A stretch of DNA of 64,000 nt from NCBI RefSeq assembly GCF_036365525.1, contig NC_090399.1, forward strand, positions 42,254,430 to 42,318,429, in the 5' to 3' direction. The first letter of the stretch is position 1; each line of letters opens with the position of its first letter. Below, piece after piece: positions 56,904 through 64,000 of this stretch. Below the pieces are notes generated by a model. It ran no database searches. It was not told where the DNA came from and saw only the letters and a list, made by a program, of their open reading frames with translations. A program made the translations under genes and the position numbers. The DNA comes from Heterodontus francisci. Taxonomy: Eukaryota.

Positions 56904-58941
56904 TCATCCTAGAGTAACACTGCTCCTACTCGTACATCACTGGCATCAATAGTTACCTTAAAGAGCTTGCCTAAATTTGGTGCCACTAGAATGGGCTCAT
57001 TTTATTAAAATGGCCTTTAACTTTTCAAACACTATTTGACAGGATTCTGTCCACTGATCCTTCGCACCCTTTATTTTAAACAAAATCTTCAGTGAGGTAG
57101 CTACGTGCTGAAGTTGGGAATGAACTTCTGGTAGAACCCACACATCCCGAGGAATCGCAGTATCTCTGTTTTGTCTTGGGACTGGGAAGTCTATTATCGA
57201 CTGAAGCTTAGCTTCTATAGACAACACTTGACCTTGACCCACAAACTTAGCCTTGGCAAACTTACTCTTTGCTAAGTTCACTACCAAATTGGCTTACTGT
57301 AACCTGTCGTACAGAACCTTAAGCATTCAACATGATCCTCCCAAGTGTCACTGTCTACCAACAGATCATCCAGGTATACAATGCATTTGCTCAGTCCAGC
57401 AATCATCTGGTTAGTCAACCTTTGAAATATGGCCAGTCCATTTTTCATACCAAAAGGCATGACCTTACCCTGAAATAGGCCATCTGGGGTCACAAAGACG
57501 GAAACACCTTTAGCTTGGGCGGTCAAGGGGATTTGCCAATAACCTTTTCAGCAAGTAATCTTGTTAATAAAGATGGAATTCCCCACTCTGTCAATATTAT
57601 CCTCGAGTCATAGTTCTGGATAAGAGTCTGTTTTAGTTATGCACTGACTTTCTGATAATCAATACAAAATCTTTTGGAACCATCTGATTTTGGTACCAGC
57701 ACAACTGGAGAACTCCAGCTACATTGACCGGGTTCATTTATATCATTCTTGAGCATTTATTGAATCTACTGTCCGGCCTGAGCCAATGTATGAGGATTGA
57801 GTCGATAAGGGTTCTGTTTAATGGGTGTAGCTGTCCCTACATCAACCTCATGAATAGCCAGAGTTCATCTGCACATACTGCTTTAAATGCTTAACAGCTC
57901 AACTGTATCATTTTTATGTTGTTCGGAAAGATAGTGTCGAACTGTATCTAAGCTTTCTAACACTTCTGTGTTTGCCAGTTTTACAGCAGGAGGTTCAATC
58001 TGAGAGTTCTCAGTGTCTGCCCCTTCATCCAGTTCATTAAAAATAACACTACCCTTATCCTCCTCTTCCGTCATTTGACATTCATTTACTGGCTGACAAG
58101 GTTCATGATCTTAGTATTTTTACAACATATTCATGTGACACACCGTTTTACCTTTCCATCTATCTGGGGTACTAACTAGTTCACCTCATTGAGTTTCCTC
58201 TTCATGAAGTAAGGTCCACTGAACCTAGTTTTATTCACTTTGCCTGGGGAACCATTGAAAGCAAACAGCTTGTCTCCAGGCTGCAAACTTTATGCCTCAG
58301 CTATTCTATCTGCTTGGGTTTACATCACTTGCTGACAAATCTTTATGTTCTCTGGCCATCTCTCAAACTTTTGTGAGTCTTTGTTGAAATTCTGACACAT
58401 AGGCAGGGATTTTACCCTAGGCGGACGGAACCGTCCACTGACTGAAAAGTCGGTGGCGAACCCACTTCCTCCTGGCCTGGGGATCCGTCCCGTATTTTGC
58501 GGGTCCCCGGGCTTTAATTAGTTTGAGGCGGGACTTCCACCCACTTGAAGTAGGAAGTCCCGCCTAATGGAGCTGCCGGCCAATCAGAGGACAGGCAGAT
58601 CTCTGTCCTAATATCGCAAAGATGATATGGGTGAACACTGGAACGCAAGTAAGTTTTTTTGTTGCCACACCGGGGTGATTGTTCGGCCCCTGGTGAGGCC
58701 AGGGTGGTTGAATGAGGGGACGAGGGGCAGGTTGGGATTGGTTGGGACATCAGGGGTGGCCTTTCGTTGGGCACAGGGTGCCTGATCATGAGGGCCTCCC
58801 CACCCCCCCCCCCCCCCCCCCCCCACAGGCCGTCAGAAAGCCACCTGCTTTTGTCATGTGGCTTTTCTCTGGTCTAGGACGCCCGCTTGCCACATGTAAA
58901 ATCCACGTGGAGGCAGGCGAAGGCCCTTAAGTGGCTGTTAA

Positions 58942-59987
58942 CAAAGGAAGATGGTTGTGGTTGTTGAAGGTCAATCATCTGAGCTCCAGGACATCACTGC
59001 AGGAGTTCCTCAGGGTAGTGTCCTAGGCCCAACCATCTTCAGCTGCTTCATCAATGACCTTCCTTCAATCATAAGGTATGACGTGGGGATGTGCGCTGAT
59101 GATTGCACAATGTTCTGCACCATTCGCGACGACTCAGATACTGAAGCAGTCTGTGTAGAAATGCAGCAAGACCTGGACAATATCCAGACTTGGGCTGATA
59201 AGTAGCAAGTACCATTTGTGCCACAAAAGTGCCAGGTAATGACCATCTCCGGCAGGAGAGAATCTAACCATCTCCCCTTGACATTCAATGGCATTACCAT
59301 TGCTGAATCCTCCACTATCACCATTTTGGGGGTTACCATTGACCAGAAACTGAACTGGAGTAGCCATATAAATACCATGGCTGCAAGAGCATGTCAGAGG
59401 CTAGGAACTCTGCAGCGAGTAACTCACCTCCTGACTCACCAAAGCCTGTTCACCATCCATAAGGCACACGTCAGGAGTGTGATGGAATATTCTCCACTTG
59501 CCTGGATGGGTGCAGCTCCAACAACACTCAAGCTCGACACCATCCAAGACAAAGCAGCCCGCTTGATTGGCACCCCATCTACAAACATTCACTCCCTCCA
59601 CCACTGACACACAGCAGCAGCTGTGTGTGCCATCTACAAGATGCACTGCAGCAACGCACCAACGCTCCTTAGACAGCACCTTCCAAACCTGTGACCTCTA
59701 CCAACTAGAAGGACAAGGGCAGCAAATGCATGGGAACACCACCACCTGCAAGTTCCCCTCCAAGCCACACACCATCCAGACTTGGAACTATATTGCCGTT
59801 CCTTCACTGTTGCTGGGTCAAAATCCTAGAACTCCCTTCCTAACAGCACTGTGGATACAGCTATCTTTTATGGACTGCAGCAGTTCAAGAAGGCAGTTCA
59901 CCACCACCACCTTGAGAGCAATTAGGAATGGGCAATAAATGCGGGCCTAGCCAGCGACGCCCACATCCCATGAATGAATAAAAAAAT
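58942..59987 (+). mobile_element. CR1-clade LINE (second family), RT to poly(A) tail
   Basis: ORFs 58951..59205 (GVPQGSVLGP, CADD) and 59218..59607. Confidence 0.9.
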
Positions 59988-60089
59988 ACTTAAGGGCCTT
60001 GATTGGCCCGGGGCTGACGGGCTTTTTTTCACCGCGACTGCCCTGTGTATAGTGACGGTAGAGGGGGAAGGGGGTCGGTAAGGGTCCCA

Positions 60090-62852
60090 CAGAATCACAT
60101 ATTTCAGAATAATACAGTGCAGAAGAGGCCCTTCAGCCCGTCGAGTCTGCACCAATGCATTAAAACACCTGACCTGTCTACCTAATCCCATTTGCCAGCA
60201 CTTGGCCCATAGCCTTGAAAGTTATGACGTGCCAAGTGCTCATCCAGGTACCACCCTCCGAACAGGGCATTCCAGACCATCACCACCCTCTGGGTAAAAA
60301 AGTTCTTCCTCAAATCCCCCTTAAACCTCCCGCCCCTCACCTTTAAACTTGTGATCCTTCGTAACTGACCTTTCAACTAAGGGGAACAGCTTCTCCCTAT
60401 CCACCCTGTCCATGCCCCTCATAATCTTGTACACCTCGATCAGGTCACCCCTCAGTCTTCTCTGCCCCAGTGAACAACCCAAGCCTATCCAACCTCTCTT
60501 CATAACTTAAATGTTCCATCCCAGGCACCATCCTGGTGAATCGCCTCTGCACCCCCTCCAATGCAATCATATCCTTCCTATAATGTGGCGACCAGAATTG
60601 CACACAGTACTCCAGCTGTGGCCTTACCAAAGTTCTATACAACTCCAACATGACCTCCCTGCTTTTGCAATCTATGCCTCGATTGATAAAGGCAAGTGTC
60701 CCATATGCCTTTTTCACCACCCTATTAACCTGCCCTTCTGCCTTCAGAAGATCTATGGACAAACACGCCAAGGTCCCTTTGTTGCTCGGAACTTCCCACT
60801 GTCAGGCCATTCATTGAATACTTCCATGTCACATTACTCCTTCCAAAGTGTATCACCTCACACTTTTCAGCGTTCAATTCCATCTGCCACTTTTCTGCCC
60901 ATTTGACCATCCTGTCTATATCTTCCTGTAACCTAAGACACTCCACCTCACTGTTAACCACTCGGCCAATCTTTGTGTCATCCGCGAACTTACTGATCCT
61001 ACCCCCCACATAGTCATCTATGTCGTTTATATAAATGACAAACAATAGGGGACCCAGCGCAGATCCCTGTGAGTACACCACTGGACACTGGCTTCCAGTC
61101 ACGAAAACAGCCGTCTGTCATCACTCTCTGTCTCCTACAGCTAAGCCAATTTGGAATCCACCTTATCAAGTTACCTTGTAACCCATGTGCATTTGCTTTC
61201 TTGCTAAGTCTCCCATGTGGGACCTTGTCAAAGGCTTTGCTGAAATCCAGGTAAACTACATCAACTGCACTACCTTCATCTACACACCTGGTCACATGCT
61301 GAAAAAATTCAATCAAATTTGATAGGCATGACCTCCCTCTGACAAAGCCATGCTGACTATTCCTAATCAAATTATGCCTCTCCAAGTGGTGATAGATTCT
61401 CTCCTTCAGAATTTTCTCCAATAGTTTCCCTACCACTGACATGAGACTCACTGGTCTATAGTTCCCTGGCTTATCTCTACAACCTTTCTTAAATAGTGGG
61501 TCCTCATTAGCTATTCTCCAGCTCTCTGGCACCTCCCCCGTGGCCAGAGAGGAATTAAAAATTAGGGTCAGAGCCCCTGCAATCGTCACCCTCACCTCCC
61601 ACAGCATCCTGGGACACAAATCGTCTGGACCTGGAGATTTGTCCACTTTTAAGCCTGCCAAAACCTCCAATACCTTGTCACTCCCTATGACCATTTGCTC
61701 AAGAACCTCACAGCCTCTCTCTCTAAGTTCCATATCTGCATCCTCTTTCTCTTGGGTGAAGACAGATGTCAAGTATTCGTTCAACACCCTACCAATGTCG
61801 TCTGGCTCCACCCACAAATTTTCCTCTTGGTCCCTAACGGGTCCTACTCTTTGCCTGGTTATCCTCTTCCCATTGATATACTTATAGAATATCTTGGGAT
61901 TTTCCCTACTTTTACCAGCCAGAGCTTTCTCGTATCCCCTCTTTGCTCTCCTAATTGCTTTCTTAAGCTCCATCCTACACTTTCTGTACTCCACTAATGC
62001 TTCCATTGATTTGCTCTCCTTGTATTTGCTAAAAGCCTCACTTTTCCTTCTCATCGTACCCTGAATGTTTCTGGTCATCCATGGTTCTCTGGGCTTGTTG
62101 CTTCCCTAAAGGGACATGTTGGGCCTGTACCCGCCCCATTTCCTTTTTGAATGCACCCCACTGTTCTTCTGTAGATTTCCCGACAAGTAACTCTTTCCAG
62201 TCTACCTTGGCCAGATCCTGCCTTATTTTACTAAAATTCGCTCTTCCCCCAATCCAAAACCTTTTTTTGCAACTTGTCCATTTCTTTCTCCATAAAAAGA
62301 TTAAATTGTACCATGTTGTGGTCGCTATCACCAAAATGCACCCCCACCAACACATCAACCACCTGTCCGGCTTCATTCCCCAGAATTAGGTCCAGCACTG
62401 CACCCTCCCTTGTTGGATCCTCTACATATTGAGCTAAAAAGTTCTCCTGTATGCATTTTAAGAACTCCATTCCATCTAAACCCTTAACACGATGACTATC
62501 CCAATTAATGTTGGGAAAGTTGAAATCACCTAATATAATTACCCTATTATTTTTACACACCTCTGCAAATTGCGCACATATTTGCTCCTCAATTTCCCGC
62601 TGACTATCTGGGGGTCTATAATAAACACCTAGCAATGTGGCTGTCCCTTTTTTATTCCTAAACTCTACCCATAAAGCTTCATTTGATGCCCCCTCCAAGA
62701 TATCATCTCTCCTTACTGCATTAACTGACTCCTTAACTAATATTGCAATGCCCCCTCCTCTTTTACCCCCTCCTCTGTCTTGCCTGAAGATTCTATATCC
62801 TGGGATATTGAGCTGCCAATCCTGCCCCTCCCTCAACCATGTCTCCGTGATG
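60090..62852 (-). mobile_element. CR1 (HER1-like) LINE ORF2, APE to 3' tail
   Basis: ORFs 62231..63019 (AITETWL, LGDFNFP), 61014..62078, 60725..61102 (KFADDTK) and 60445..60771. Confidence 0.95.
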
Positions 62853-63366
62853 GCCCCCCGACACCTTCCCACTCTTTGGGGTGTAAAATTCAGCCCATAT
62901 TCTAAGAGGGTAGTTTCCTCTTCCTGTGCTACAAATCTCATTAAGGGGACCCCTAACTTCATGCCCATTGACCAATTCAGATGGACTGAAACCAGTGGAT
63001 TCATTGTCCCTGGAGGCAAATAATAAAAATGATATCCCTTTTATACCAATCATGATACGCAAAAATTTAGGTCTTTATCGTACTTTTTATGGTTTGGTGA
63101 TGCCTTTCCAAAGCACCTTGGAACTGCAGACGATTTGAGCTGTTTCACTCCCAAATTACTGTGATCTCTTGAAATACCCTGACATGAAATTTGACCCCTG
63201 ATCCGATTGAATTTCTTTTGGCAATCCATGTCTGGTGAAAAACTGAATTAACTCATTAATCACAACTTTCACAGTGATCTTTTTCAAAGCAATTGCCTGT
63301 GGAAACCTAGTGGGCAAATCCATAATGGTTAGGAGAAACTTGTGACCTGACTTAGTTGTAGGTAAG

Positions 63367-64000
63367 TGTTATGACTGCTCAGGACAAAGCCTACAATCAA
63401 AATGTGATTCTGATTGCCGTGGGAGCAACGCACTGTTAATTCAGTCCCATCACTCCGCAGGTCATGTCATAATTCTTAAAGCTTTCCAAATTGGGAAAAA
63501 TACCCAGCCAAATTGAACAATCTAGTAACCCCTAAATGAAGCGAACCAAACCAGGTATCTTTAGATATCAACAAATTCAGATTTTAGTTTTTTTAACAAA
63601 TAGTAAAACACTAAGATAAACCAATATCTGAAGACTTTATAACTAATTTAAAAATCTAACTCATGTATTCGCATACATATACTAAAAATTAACAGTGGTT
63701 CGAGTTTTAAAAGAATGTAGATTTGATAAGTAGCTTTTCTCCGAAATAAAACAAATACACCAGTCTTTGTAAGTTACGTTCCTGATGAATGGTCTTCTAA
63801 TACAACACGGTCAAAGTTCACTTGCAGTCTTCCAAGGTCCGATGAAAACAGGGTCCTTCCAAAGATAGAAATTCAGCAGTTCAGTTCTGCAATTGTAACA
63901 TAAACACAGCAATACTGATACTAAAAGAAAGAAAAGTTTTTCTTATTTTTCTTAGGGAATTAATTATCTTGACTTTGTAGAATCTTGAGAGAGAAATAAC
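63367..64000. mobile_element. LTR of the same family as 29263-30172, inserted in the Gmr1 integrase and cut by the window edge
   Basis: Begins tgttatgactgctcaggacaaagcc and is colinear with 29263 onward. Confidence 0.8.

Larger units (their letters stand above)
58402..62896. mobile_element. PIF/Harbinger-like MITE split by two CR1 insertions
   Basis: TIRs ggcagggattttac / gtaaaattcagccc with 3-bp TSD ata (58399-58401 / 62897-62899). Removing it rejoins the integrase as ETTLLEY|VSEFQQRL. Confidence 0.7.
53434..63366 (-). mobile_element. Gmr1-type Ty3/Gypsy LTR retrotransposon (INT-RT-RH order), fragmented by insertions; probable 3' LTR at about 53434-54500
   Basis: On the minus strand from high to low coordinates: LTIMDLPTRFP and IQSDQGSNFM (INT, 63.2-63.36 kb), RFSGPY (58.2 kb), [21 protein letters not shown] and VYLDDLLV (RT, 57.3-57.7 kb), IDASD, YSTI and RLFQWSLILQ (RH, 56.95, 55.6 and 54.7 kb). 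Confidence 0.85.

Overview
This is vertebrate genomic DNA, most likely from an elasmobranch (shark or ray). That is inferred from HE1/V-SINE-type SINEs, HER1-like CR1 LINEs, DeuSINE remnants and a shark-type MHC class I alpha3 exon. Most of the window is nested transposable elements. Host-gene content is: (i) a six-exon RING/B-box/coiled-coil/PRY-SPRY TRIM pseudogene (14877-27303, +) with a stop codon and frameshifts; (ii) a decayed cluster of tRNA genes (Tyr, Arg-ACG, Ala-AGC, Tyr) at about 29.1-32.7 kb, with the Arg gene split at its anticodon by a solo LTR; (iii) one intact MHC class I alpha3 exon (48016-48279, +), preceded by a 2.9-kb strand-asymmetric G-rich repeat. TRIM, tRNA cluster and class I together resemble an (extended) MHC class I region, but a 200-N gap (44858-45057) separates the class I exon from the rest. 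A near-perfect 5.96-kb inverted duplication (31376-37334 / 38896-44856) runs into that gap and may be an assembly artefact. The right end holds a near-intact RTE LINE and a Gmr1-type Gypsy element (integrase before RT) carrying several nested insertions. Family assignments are from recalled consensus motifs, not database searches, and many TE boundaries are approximate.
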